This document shows positions 23,396 to 33,800 of a stretch of DNA of 64,000 bases, one piece after another. Positions within the stretch are counted from its first letter, which is position 1, and every line of letters begins with the position of its first letter. Source of the DNA: an uncultured delta proteobacterium (lineage in GTDB: Bacteria; Desulfobacterota; WTBG01). The DNA is taken from positions 832,001-896,000 of the forward strand of contig CAWCBP010000001.1 in the NCBI GenBank assembly GCA_963793865.1, in the 5' to 3' direction. A program made the translations under genes and the position numbers. Under the pieces are notes generated by a model. The model did not search any database. It saw only the letters and a program-made list of their open reading frames with translations, and was not told the origin of the DNA.

Positions 23396-25474
23396 TTACG
23401 ATTCTTCCTCGATCTCGGTTTTGTGCTGGGCAATGATCTGTTCGGCGAGCTGGCCGGGAACTTCCTCGTAGTGGGACAATTCCATGGTAAAGGTGCCTCT
23501 GCCGCCGGTGATGGAGGTCAGGTCCGAGGCGTATTTGAGTATCTCCGCCATAGGCACCTGCGCCTTGATGACCTGGCAGTTGATTTTCGGCTCCATGCCC
23601 AGGACCCGGCCACGGCGGGCATTGAGATCCCCGATGACATCCCCCATGCAGTCATCCGGAATGGTGATCGCCACATTCATCAGCGGTTCAAGCAAAATCG
23701 GTTTTGCCTCCTGCATTACCTTTCTGAAGCCCATTGAAGCGGCAATCTTGAAGGCGATGTCCGATGAATCAACATCGTGGAACGATCCGTCATACAAACT
23801 CACCCGGACGTCAACCACCGGGTATTTAGCCAAAATGCCATGCTTCATGGCATCGATAACTCCTTTTTCAACCGAGGGAATGTACTGGCGGGGTATTGCA
23901 CCGCCCACGATTTTGCTCGCAAATTCAAATCCCTGTCCGCGCGGCAGCGGTTCAATCTCCAGCCACACGTCTCCGTATTGTCCCCGGCCGCCGGACTGCT
24001 TTTTGTATTTGCTCTGGCCTTTCGCCGTGCCCCGGACCGTTTCCTTGTAGGCAACTTTGGGAGTTTTTACCTCGACGGAGACCCCGAATTTTCTCTGCAT
24101 CTTCTCGATGGCCACGTCAAGGTGGGTCTGACCCATGCCCTCGAGAATAAATTCATTGGTCTGCTCGTCACGGCGGGTGCGCAGGGTCGAATCTTCCTCC
24201 ATCAGCTTGGAAAGGGAGGATATAAGCTTATCCTCATCGCCCTTGCTTTTCGGCTCAAGCGCCAGCTGCATCACCGGCTCCGGCACCGGTGCCCGGTTGA
24301 TGATGAACGGCGACTTTTCATCGCAGAGGCTGTCGCCGGTTCCGGTCTCCTTCAGCTTGGCCACGGCGGCGATATCCCCGGCAATGGCGGGGTTGAAGGC
24401 CTTCTGGCTTTTACCCTCGATTTTAAGGATCTGCCCGATGCGCTCCTTGCAGCCCTTGGTTGCATTGTACACGGAAGAATCGGAATTGAGCACCCCCGAA
24501 ACCACGCGGAACAGGGTGAGCTTTCCCGCATAGGGGTCGGCGACGGTCTTGAACACGTAGAGAGACAGGGCGCTGTCTTTGCCGGCGCATCGCTGCTCTT
24601 CCCCCTTGGTCGCGGGATTGACCCCTTTGAAAGGGCGCTCCGAGGGGGAAGGATAGCATGCGGTGATCAGGTTCAGAAGCTGGTGCACCCCCATGTTGTT
24701 GACCGCCGATCCGCAGAGTACCGGGACCAGGCTGCATGACTGAATGCCCTGGGTGAGTCCGTTGAGGATCTCTTCAGGGGTAAGGGTTGCTCCCTCCAGG
24801 TATTTTTCCAGCAGCTGATCGCTCGATTCCGCGATGTCCTCAATCATGGTGCCTCGCATCTCTTCGGCACGGTCCTTTATTTCATCCGGTATGGGCGCCT
24901 CGCTGCACTCCCCGCTTCTGTCGTCGCTGAAGAGAAAGGCCTTCATGGTGACCAGGTCAACAACGCCCCGGAAGGAGGCCTCTTCGCCGATGGGCATCTG
25001 AAGCACCAGCGGCTTGATGCCCAGGATTTCCTCGATGCCCTTCAGGGTCTGCGTGAAATTGGCCCGCTCCATTTCCATCTTATTGATGAATATAAGGCGG
25101 GGAAGGGCGTTGTCCCCGGCGTAGCCCCACACCTTTTCCGTCTGCACCTGGACGCCGGAGACGGCGTCAATCAGCACAATTGCCGTATCCACCACCTGGA
25201 GGGCGCCTTTAACCTCTGCGGCAAAATTGGCGTCGCCCGGCGTGTCGATGATGTTGACATCACATTTCTGCCAGCGGAAATGATGCAGCGATGCGCTGAG
25301 TGTTTTTCTCCGCTTCAGCTCCTCCGGCTCGTAATCAAAAAGGGAGGTGCCCTCATCAACCATTCCCAGACGCGTGTTTACCTTGGCATCGAAGAGCATC
25401 GCGTCCGCCAGTGATGTTTTTCCTGCGCCGCCGTGAGAGATAAGCGCTATGTTGCGTAGATCTTTTGTTTCCAT
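23396..25474 (-). CDS. Elongation factor G paralog (EF-G2 type)
   Basis: HGGAGKT, DTPGDANF, NKME, KKQSGGRGQYG, GSFHDVDSS; not in a str operon. Confidence 0.9.
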   Translation of the reverse strand: METKDLRNIALISHGGAGKTSLADAMLFDAKVNTRLGMVDEGTSLFDYEPEELKRRKTLSASLHHFRWQKCDVNIIDTPGDANFAAEVKGALQVVDTAIVLIDAVSGVQVQTEKVWGYAGDNALPRLIFINKMEMERANFTQTLKGIEEILGIKPLVLQMPIGEEASFRGVVDLVTMKAFLFSDDRSGECSEAPIPDEIKDRAEEMRGTMIEDIAESSDQLLEKYLEGATLTPEEILNGLTQGIQSCSLVPVLCGSAVNNMGVHQLLNLITACYPSPSERPFKGVNPATKGEEQRCAGKDSALSLYVFKTVADPYAGKLTLFRVVSGVLNSDSSVYNATKGCKERIGQILKIEGKSQKAFNPAIAGDIAAVAKLKETGTGDSLCDEKSPFIINRAPVPEPVMQLALEPKSKGDEDKLISSLSKLMEEDSTLRTRRDEQTNEFILEGMGQTHLDVAIEKMQRKFGVSVEVKTPKVAYKETVRGTAKGQSKYKKQSGGRGQYGDVWLEIEPLPRGQGFEFASKIVGGAIPRQYIPSVEKGVIDAMKHGILAKYPVVDVRVSLYDGSFHDVDSSDIAFKIAASMGFRKVMQEAKPILLEPLMNVAITIPDDCMGDVIGDLNARRGRVLGMEPKINCQVIKAQVPMAEILKYASDLTSITGGRGTFTMELSHYEEVPGQLAEQIIAQHKTEIEEES

Positions 25475-25496
25475 ACAAGGGTCCCCTGTGGTTTAA

Positions 25497-26423
25497 TTAG
25501 AATGTTTGTACGTACTTCTCCGCTGCGAATGCCGCCGTGGCGCCGTCGCCGACCGCGGTGGTGATCTGGCGCAGGAGCTTTTTGCGCACGTCACCCGCGG
25601 CAAAGACGCCCGGCAGCGTGGTTTCCATCAGATCATTGGTAACGATAAGGCCGTCATCGGTCAGAGGCATGAGGCCGGCGAGCCAGCCGGTATTGGGCCG
25701 CAATCCCACATAGATGAACACCCCATCAACCGTCAGTGTGGATGCAGTACCATCCTTCAGGTTTTTCAGCCGAAGGCCGCTGACCCGGGCATCGCCTTGG
25801 ATTTCCTCCACCACCGTATCCCAGACAAATGATATTTTGCCCTCGGCGCGGGCACGCTCCTGGAGAATTTGAACCGCCCGGAGTTGATCGCGGCGGTGGA
25901 TGATATGCACTTTCCTGGCCAGGCGGCTGAGAAAAAGCGCCTCCTCGATGGCTGCGTCGCCGCCCCCGACCACCGCCACCTCTTTCTCCCTGAAGAAGGC
26001 GCCGTCGCAGGTGGCGCAGTATGAAACGCCCCTGCCGGTAAGCCGCTCCTCTCCCGGGACCCCGAGCAGCCGGGGTTCGCTGCCGGTCGCGATAATCAGC
26101 GACCTGGTGCGGAACTCTCCTTCGCTCGATGCCACCTGTATCAGGCGACCGTTGATGGGCGTTATGGACTCGGCGGCGGCGCTGGTGATGGTAAGCCCGA
26201 AGCCCTTCGCCTGCTCTTCCAGGTTGTGAATCAGCTCAAATCCGGAGATGCTTGAGACAAATCCGGGGTAATTTTCAATCCGTTCCGTCTTGATGACCTG
26301 TCCGCCCAGCGCGCTTTTTTCCAGCAGCAGGGTGGTGAGACGGGCCCTCGAGGTATACAGCCCGGCGGTCAGTCCGGCAGGGCCGCCACCGATGATAATC
26401 ACGTCATACGCGTCTGAAGTCAT
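25497..26423 (-). CDS. trxB: Thioredoxin reductase
   Basis: GGGPAG, IENYPG, GVSYCATCDG, GGGDAA, FAAGD. Confidence 0.95.
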   Translation of the reverse strand: MTSDAYDVIIIGGGPAGLTAGLYTSRARLTTLLLEKSALGGQVIKTERIENYPGFVSSISGFELIHNLEEQAKGFGLTITSAAAESITPINGRLIQVASSEGEFRTRSLIIATGSEPRLLGVPGEERLTGRGVSYCATCDGAFFREKEVAVVGGGDAAIEEALFLSRLARKVHIIHRRDQLRAVQILQERARAEGKISFVWDTVVEEIQGDARVSGLRLKNLKDGTASTLTVDGVFIYVGLRPNTGWLAGLMPLTDDGLIVTNDLMETTLPGVFAAGDVRKKLLRQITTAVGDGATAAFAAEKYVQTF

Positions 26424-26583
26424 AGGCGAGGAGCTTTTATATTGAATAGGCGCTGCACATTTGCTATGGTGTAACCGGCATCAATCAAAAAGTCCTTTAT
26501 TCTAGAAAACTACGCAGCGAAAAGTCAATTAAAATTTAAGCATTCATCAGGCAAAAAGCTTTAGGCCATGGTGGTGATCCGCG

Positions 26584-27958
26584 GTGAAGGATAAGAAGAG
26601 TACTCATTTTGTTTGCCAGATGTGCGGGTATCAGTCTTCCAAGTGGCTGGGGAAATGCCCCGGCTGCGATGCGTGGGACAGCCTGCTGGAAGAAAAGCGG
26701 CGCGACGGCGCGGCGCCTGCCGCGAATATATGGCTGCAGCGGGACGCGGAGGGGGCGGCGCTGCAGCCGTTGGACCGGATCCAGATGAGCGATAACGCGC
26801 GCATCCTGACCGGTGTGGGCGAGTTTGACCGGGTTCTGGGAGGCGGGGTGGTCAGCGGATCGGTGGTGCTGATCGGCGGCGATCCCGGCATCGGGAAATC
26901 CACCCTGCTGCTGCAGGCGCTGAACATGATGGCTGCTCCGGAACAGAAGGTTCTCTATGTGTCCGGTGAGGAATCCGCCCGCCAGATCAAGATCCGGGCG
27001 GAACGGCTGAACACGCTGTCGCCCCATGTATACATCATGGCGGAAAACTGCCTGGAAACCATCCTTCCCGAAGCGGTTGCGCTCGCCCCGAAGGTCCTGG
27101 TCATCGATTCAATCCAGACGGTTTATTCACGGCGAGCTGCAGTCGGCGCCGGGAAGCGTCGCCCAGGTCCGGGAAACCTCCGCCCGGCTGATCGTTCTAT
27201 CTAAAAACCGGGAGATTACCACCTTCCTCATCGGCCATGTCACCAAGGACGGGGCGATTGCCGGGCCGCGGGTGCTCGAGCACATGGTTGATACCGTACT
27301 TTATTTTGAGGGGGACCGCGGGCATCCCTACCGCATTCTGCGTGCGGTAAAGAACCGATTCGGATCCTCAAACGAAATCGGCGTGTTTGAAATGAAGGAC
27401 CACGGTCTGGCGGAAGTCCTGAACCCCTCCGAGCTTTTTCTTTCACAGCGCCCGGTGGATGTCTCCGGCTCGGTGGTGGTGCCCTGCATGGAGGGGACCA
27501 GGCCGCTGCTGGTGGAAATCCAGGCGCTGGTGAGCCCCACCAACCTGGCAATGCCCCGCAGGACCGCAATCGGCATTGATCCCCAGCGACTGTCCCTGCT
27601 GGCCGCGGTGCTGGAGCGATACCTGGCGATTGCGCTCTATAACAAGGATATTTTTCTCAACGTGACCGGCGGGGTGAAGGTAGAGGAGCCGGCGGTTGAT
27701 CTGGGCATTGCCGCGGCAATTGCATCAAGCGCATTGAACCGGTCCATTGACACCGGGACCATATTTTTAGGTGAGGTGGGTCTGACCGGCGAGGTGCGGG
27801 GCATCACCCAGCTTGAGCTCCGCCTGAAGGAGGCGGCAAAGCTCGGCTTTCGGCACGGCGTGGTTCCCGAGGTGAACCGGGCGCAGGTGCGGGTAAATCT
27901 GCCCATGGAGGTAACCGGGGTTTCTTCACTCAAGGAAGTGTTGCGCTTGATTGCCTGA
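26584..27958 (+). CDS. radA: DNA repair protein RadA/Sms, broken by one extra base near 27130 (probable sequencing error)
   Basis: CQMC..CPGC zinc finger, GDPGIGKST, IDSIQT in the first frame; GSVAQVRE, KNRFG, Lon-like C-terminus in the +1 frame. Confidence 0.94.
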
Positions 27959-28012
27959 TGCGCGAATCTGCAAGGCGAATGCCGCCCGGCATGGGTTCGT
28001 GAGAGGGTTGAT

Positions 28013-28694
28013 ATGGTTGCCATCAGACGGGAAGGCTTTTCATATATCGTGGGGCTTGCGATTATCGCAACCATCTTGTCGATTGCTTCATCATTTTTTG
28101 CCACGACTGCGCTGCAAATTGTGACCATCATCACCTGGGTGCTGGTGGTGCTGGTGATCAATTTTTTCCGCGATCCCGATCGGGTCACGCCTGCTGAAGC
28201 GGATTGCCTGATTGCTCCTGCCGACGGAAAGGTGATCGATGTGTGCACAGTCAGGGAAGACCGCTACCTCCACGCCGAGGTGTGCCGCGTCAGCATTTTC
28301 ATGTCCGTCTTTGACGTGCATGTCAACCGTGCCCCGCTGAGCGGCGAGGTGGATCATCTGGAGCATCACCCGGGGAAATTTGTGGCGGCGTTCCGTGAAG
28401 ATGCCTCCGGTGAAAACGAACACCTCGACATTGGATTTCTGTCTGACCGGGTCGAATGAAAAGGGCGAGGCTGTGCATCGGGTGCTGATAACGCTTATTG
28501 CAGGCTATATTGCGCGCAGAATTCTCTTCTTCAGGCAATTGCATGACCGGGTTCAGCAGGGCGATCGGATCGGGATGATAAAGTTCGGCAGCCGGGTTGA
28601 TGTCTACCTGACAGCGGAGTGGGAAGTTTCCGTAGAAAAGGGGCAGCGGGTCAGGGCTGGCGAAACCGTGGTGGGAAGGCTCAGGAAGAAATAG
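28013..28694 (+). CDS. psd: Phosphatidylserine decarboxylase proenzyme (short type), broken by one extra base near 28450
   Basis: [28 protein letters not shown] in the first frame; [22 protein letters not shown] (self-cleavage motif) in the +1 frame. Confidence 0.92.
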
Positions 28695-28720
28695 GCCTTC
28701 GAGCGGAAAGGTCTCACCTC

Positions 28721-29771
28721 CTATGTAATTATAATGGACTTGCCGCCTTTGGGGCGTTCGGTTATCTCGCCTATGATATACGGCGGTGCAGCGGTGCGAG
28801 CGCAGGCGTGACCTGACCGCGTCGGCATCGCGGCGCGGGACCACCAGCACCATGCCGATGCCGCAGTTGAATGTTTTCAGCATCTCCATCTCGGCTATGC
28901 CGGATTTTTCGCGCAGCAAGGAGAAGATGGGCGGCTCCGTCCAGCTTGTTTTCCTGATGAGCGCCCGGCAGTGGGGCGGCAGTATCCGGGGAATGTTGCC
29001 AATCAGCCCTCCTCCGGTGATGTGCGCCATGCCGTGAACCCGAAACTTCCTGATGATATCCAGCACCGGCTTGACGTAAATGAGGGTGGGCTCCAGCAGC
29101 TCCTCTCCCAGGGTCCTTCCGGTCCCGGCTATTTTTTTGCCGAGGCTGAGCCTGCACTGCTCAAGGAGCACCTTGCGCACCAGCGAGAATCCGTTGCTGT
29201 GCAGCCCGATTGATGCAATGCCCACCAGCACATCGCCTGTCTTGATCGCCGACCCGTCGATGATCTTTCGCTGCTCGACCACACCCACGGCAAACCCGGC
29301 GAGATCGTATTCATCCTTTGCGTAAAATGAAGGCATCTCCGCCATCTCACCGCCCAGCAGGGCGCATCCGGCTTGTTTACAGCCGCTGCTCACACCCCGG
29401 ATGATAGCCTCAACCGTCTTCGGCTTCAGCTCACCGGTGGCGATGTAATCGAGAAAGAAGAGCGGTTCCGCGCCCTGGGTGAGAATGTCATTGACCCCCA
29501 TGGCAACGAGATCGATGCCAACCGTGTCGTGCTTGTCCATCATGAAGGCTATTTTCAGCTTGGTGCCCACGCCGTCGGTCGATGCGCTTAAGACCGGCTT
29601 CTTATATTTGCCGGCGCGCAGGGCAAACAGGCCGGAGAACCCGCCGATGGATGACACGACTTCCGGACGAAAGGTCGTCCTGGCCATTGACCTGATGCGA
29701 TCGACCAGGAGGTCGGCCTTTTTAATGTTTACCCCCGCATCCTTGTAGCTCAGCGCTTTTTTCACTTTCAC
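28721..29771 (-). CDS. purM: AIR synthetase; one extra base near 28781 shifts the last ~20 codons
   Basis: YKDAGVN, TDGVGTK, GGEMAEMP, GLHSNGFSL, AHITGGG, TFNCGIG; expected tail YIIGEITER..TAG at 28721-28723 lies in the +1 frame. Confidence 0.95.
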
Positions 29772-29859
29772 TCCTCGAAGGGATAAGGTGTGCTTAGAGC
29801 AGTGTGATGGATAGATCAGGGAGGCTCAGTCGTGCTATACGACTGACGCTTCCGTGGCG

Positions 29860-29888
29860 ATGATAGACAAAAGGAAAATCCTTGTCAA
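29860..29888 (-). promoter_or_regulatory. Putative sigma70 promoter for purM
   Basis: Minus strand TTGACA-17 nt-TATCAT. Confidence 0.65.
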
Positions 29889-30047
29889 ACCTTTTCCCGT
29901 GTTTGTATTAGGTTCTTATTATAAGAGCGAAAACTGAGAGAGCTATCAAAGCTGATCAAAAAAGCTTCCGTTCTGGATTTTCACATACACAAGTCTGTGA
30001 ATTTAACAGCCATAGTCTGGTGAATCTCTCAGGAATTTGGATTGCCG

Positions 30048-30071
30048 GTAGGAGCGGCTTTAGCCGCGAAT
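30048..30071. repeat. GTAG-type REP-like element (single copy)
   Basis: gtaggagcggctttagccgcgaat; 18 nt identical to 40251-40268. Confidence 0.7.
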
Positions 30072-30128
30072 ATAAGAGATCCCAGGTTTTTTTATAATTT
30101 TGAGACCAGACCCCACGCATATTGGCGC

Positions 30129-30156
30129 TTGATTTAGAACACAAATCACGTATAAT
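30129..30156 (+). promoter_or_regulatory. Putative sigma70 promoter for the DUF4160/DUF2442 pair
   Basis: TTGATT-16 nt-TATAAT. Confidence 0.45.
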
Positions 30157-30198
30157 CATACTTATGAGTCTCTAACATATTATCGAGGATGATAATCT

Positions 30199-30459
30199 GT
30201 GCCAATCATAGCAACTTTTTTCGGTATAGTTGTCAGAATGTATTATGATGAACATAATCCACCACATATTCATGTTGAGTATCAAGGCATGAAGGCACTC
30301 TTGGATTTTCGCGGCAATATTTTACGAGGTGATTTGGGGTCGAAAACAGCCCTTCGACTCGTAAGGGAATGGATTGACATGCGTCAGTCTGAACTGCAGG
30401 AGGACTGGAATTTAGCTCAGGCCGGTAAAGCAATCAAGAAAGTAGAACCCTTGAATTGA
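30199..30459 (+). CDS. DUF4160 family protein (putative toxin of a type II TA-like pair)
   Basis: MPIIATFFGIVVRMYYDEHNPPHIH..LVREW..LQEDW..VEPL. Confidence 0.88.
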   Translation: MPIIATFFGIVVRMYYDEHNPPHIHVEYQGMKALLDFRGNILRGDLGSKTALRLVREWIDMRQSELQEDWNLAQAGKAIKKVEPLN

Positions 30460-30734
30460 GGCTGCCCATGTGGGATATGAATGAAATCAAATCAATTGAA
30501 TACGTACGTGATTATGTATATCACATTGTCTTTGATGATAATCTGGAAGGCGATGTTGATTTTGCGGAATACTTGAAACGGGGTCCCATATTTGAGCCGC
30601 TTGCAGATTTGGGGTTTTTCCGCAAGGCGCGTATCGAGGGAGGAACGCTCACCTGGCCAAACGGAGCAGACATAGCCCCCGAACGATTATATGAAAAAAT
30701 AGCTGCAGACAAAAAGGTCCGGCAGACGGGGTAA
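30456..30734 (+). CDS. DUF2442 family protein (putative antitoxin partner)
   Basis: FDDNLEGDVDF, GPIFEPL, GTLTWPNGADIAPERLY; coupled to DUF4160; start may be 30468 or 30477. Confidence 0.88.
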   Translation: MRLPMWDMNEIKSIEYVRDYVYHIVFDDNLEGDVDFAEYLKRGPIFEPLADLGFFRKARIEGGTLTWPNGADIAPERLYEKIAADKKVRQTG

Positions 30735-30882
30735 GATAATTGCCGTAGTCATTAAGGGTTTGATCTCAATGTTCCATAAAGCATAGTGCATCTTCAGAAC
30801 GGAACGGTGCGTGTTGAGATTGACCCTTTGTTTTTTCTTCGTGCTCTTCGTAATTATTCCTACGCATGATTCGTGATTAACT

Positions 30883-33800
30883 ATGAGCGAATACACGACT
30901 TATCTAAAAGCCCTAAAATTCACTGAGGATTCAAAGAATCGATGGCAGCGTCGATTCGGCTATCCAGCAATAGGTGAATACATCATTACAGTCGATACCG
31001 AAAAGCTCACGATCGACTATCCAAAACCCATCCAGCTTGGGGATCGCACCACGAGCAACTTCGACCACCCTGAGAACTTCGTCGTTCTCGAATGTGTGTG
31101 TCGCCTACTGGCCAAGGGCTACGATCCCGCGACTTTAATCCTCGAAAAGCGTTATCAAGTTGGGCGCGGCGCGTCTGGCGGCAAAAGCGACATTACGGTA
31201 TTGCGCCGCGCGACCGATCCCGATGACCAACCCACTGCGGCACCGTTGCTAATTATCGAATGCAAGACCTGGGGCAAGGAACACGACGAGGAAAAAAGAA
31301 AAACGATAGATGAAGGCGGCCAACTCTTTGGCTATCTCCAGCAAGACCGCTCCGCCAGCCATCTGTGCATATACTCTTCACTCTTCAAGAACGAACTCGC
31401 ATATCGCTGTGACATTATCCACGCCGAAGATTCTATCGAGGCTATTGAAAAATTTGCCAAAAAAGAAAATGCGGAAAATCACGTCGCCGCCCGCGCAGCT
31501 GTGCCGATCTTCCAGTACGCACACAACCGCGAAACATTGCACCACGTATGGAAAACGACTTACCGCGCTGCCTTCCAGTCAACTGGAATCTTTGAGGACA
31601 AGTTTACACCCTATTCAATTGGCTACGAGCCCATCACAAAAGGCCTCCTTAACGAGTTCAACGGCACTAACGGGAGCACTGGTGTTTTCAATCGCTTCAT
31701 GGAAATCCTCCGGCACAACAATGTGTCAGACAAGGAAAATGCCTTTAACCGCCTTTGCGCTATCATTCTCGCCAAGCTGATCGACGAGGAAAAAGACAAA
31801 GATGCTATCCTCGATTTCCAATGGTTCCCGAACAAGGACACCTCGATGGATCTCATCGATCGTCTGCAACGTCTCTATAAGCGAGGCATGAAAGAGACTC
31901 TCGGCGAGGACATCACTTATTTTGAGGAGCGCGATATTGATCATGCCTTTCGTGCTCATCGTCGTGACATGGCCCGCAATGAGGTCAAGAAAATTTTCCG
32001 CGCCCTGAAGTTTTACACCAACAACGACTTCGCCTTCAAAGAAGTCCACAACGAAAAACTATTCGAGCAGAATACACAGGTAGTTAAAGAAGTAGTAGAA
32101 CTCTTTCAAGGTTACCGACTAAAGTACACTAGCAAACAGGCATTCCTAGGCAACCTTTTCGAGCTCCTGCTTAACAGCGGTTTCAAGCAGAGCGAGGGCC
32201 AATTCTTCACACCCATCCCAATCGCGCGGTTCATCGTGCGCTGCCTACCACTGCGTGAGCGCATAGCAATTGCAATTGAGCGGGGCGATCAGCACATCAT
32301 CCCCCGCATCATGGACTACGCTTGCGGTTCTGCCCATTTCCTAACAGAAGCAGTCGAAGAAATTCAAGAAGACCTTGAAACACTTGGGCGTGCCGAGGCC
32401 AAAAGCACCACTTGGGCGCGTGATCACGTGTGGGGCATTGAAAAAGATTACCGCCTTGCCCGCACTGCTAAGATCGCTATGTTTCTCCATGGTGCGGGCG
32501 ACGCCAACATTTTGCACGAGGACGGCCTTGACCATCGCAACCCAAGGCTTCCGCAACCTGGCACAGTGGATGTTCTAATCGCCAATCCCCCTTACTCCAT
32601 TTCCAGTTTTAAGGAGCACATGCGTCTGCAGGCCAACCAGTTCACTTTGCTGCCCTACATGACTAACAGCTCCAGTGAAATCGAGACGCTGTTTGTCGAA
32701 CGTGCCGCGCAGTTGCTCAAGGTGGGCGGGTTTGCAGGCCTCATCCTGCCATCGTCCATCTTGAGCAACGCGGGTATCTATCAACGAACCCGAGCTCTAA
32801 TCCTTGAAAAATTCCTCATTCGCGGCATCGTTGAGATGGGTAGCAGTGCCTTCATCGCCACAGGAACTAACACAATTATCCTGCTGATAGAACGTCGGTG
32901 CGACACCGACGCAGAGCACTTCACCGTCCGTGCAGATGCACTGTTTAGCGAAGAGAACAAGCCCAATGATGCGGACTTTGCCGACAGTGATCTGTTGAAT
33001 GCCTATACAATAGCCGTTGGTCTTGATTTTTCTGACTATTGCACATGGCTGGGCGATCCTGCGGGAGAACCGCCCGATGCACTTGCACAGGCGGCTTTGT
33101 TTAGGTCTTACGATGAAGAATTTAACGCGCTCGCCGAAACGCAGCGCCGTGTTCAGCAAAAGACATTTCTAAAGCTGAGAAAGGAAGAGCGTAATACCGA
33201 AATGAGGGGCAAACTGCTCCGCTACATCCGCAACGCCGAGCGGCAGAAGTTCATCCACTTCGCACTGGCCTATACTGAGAAACTCAAAGGCGGCGAACTT
33301 GTTCCCCAACAAACAACAATCTTGCGCGGCGCAGGCAGCAAGGCAGAAGAGCAGGCATTCCTCGGATATAAATGGAGCCAGAGGCGTGGCGCGGAGGGCA
33401 TGGTCTTCCTCCGCGAGCCATACGACGGCGGCCTGCTATACACAGCAGATGAGGTCAATCGCGCCGAACCTTCGACAAAGGCAGCTCACCACTTCCGCGC
33501 TGGATTTCTTGGTACCGAGCGCGGCGAATTGGCCTCTGATCATCCGCTGAAAGACAGACTTTACACCGCGCCCACCGTTACGTGCCTCGACTTCACCCGC
33601 ACTACTGCAGACCTAGCGGTCAACCTTTCCCCGAAACAAGGCGAAGCGGCGTCTGTCTTCGACACTCAATATCAACTTGTGCCTTTTATCAAGATGGCAA
33701 CTCTTGAATACGGTAAACCGTTGCCAGAAAGGGTACGAATTGAAGGCAGTTACCCTGTAATGGGCTCAAACGGAGCGATAGGCACGCACAATGAGTATCT

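Noticed and set aside
28457..28459. psd TGA as a selenocysteine or read-through codon
   Set aside because: The conserved C-terminal half is in a different frame, so read-through would not restore the protein.
28323..28720. Apparent long C-terminal extension of PurM
   Set aside because: Caused by the +1 insertion near 28781; the extension is antisense to psd, and the true tail ends at 28721.
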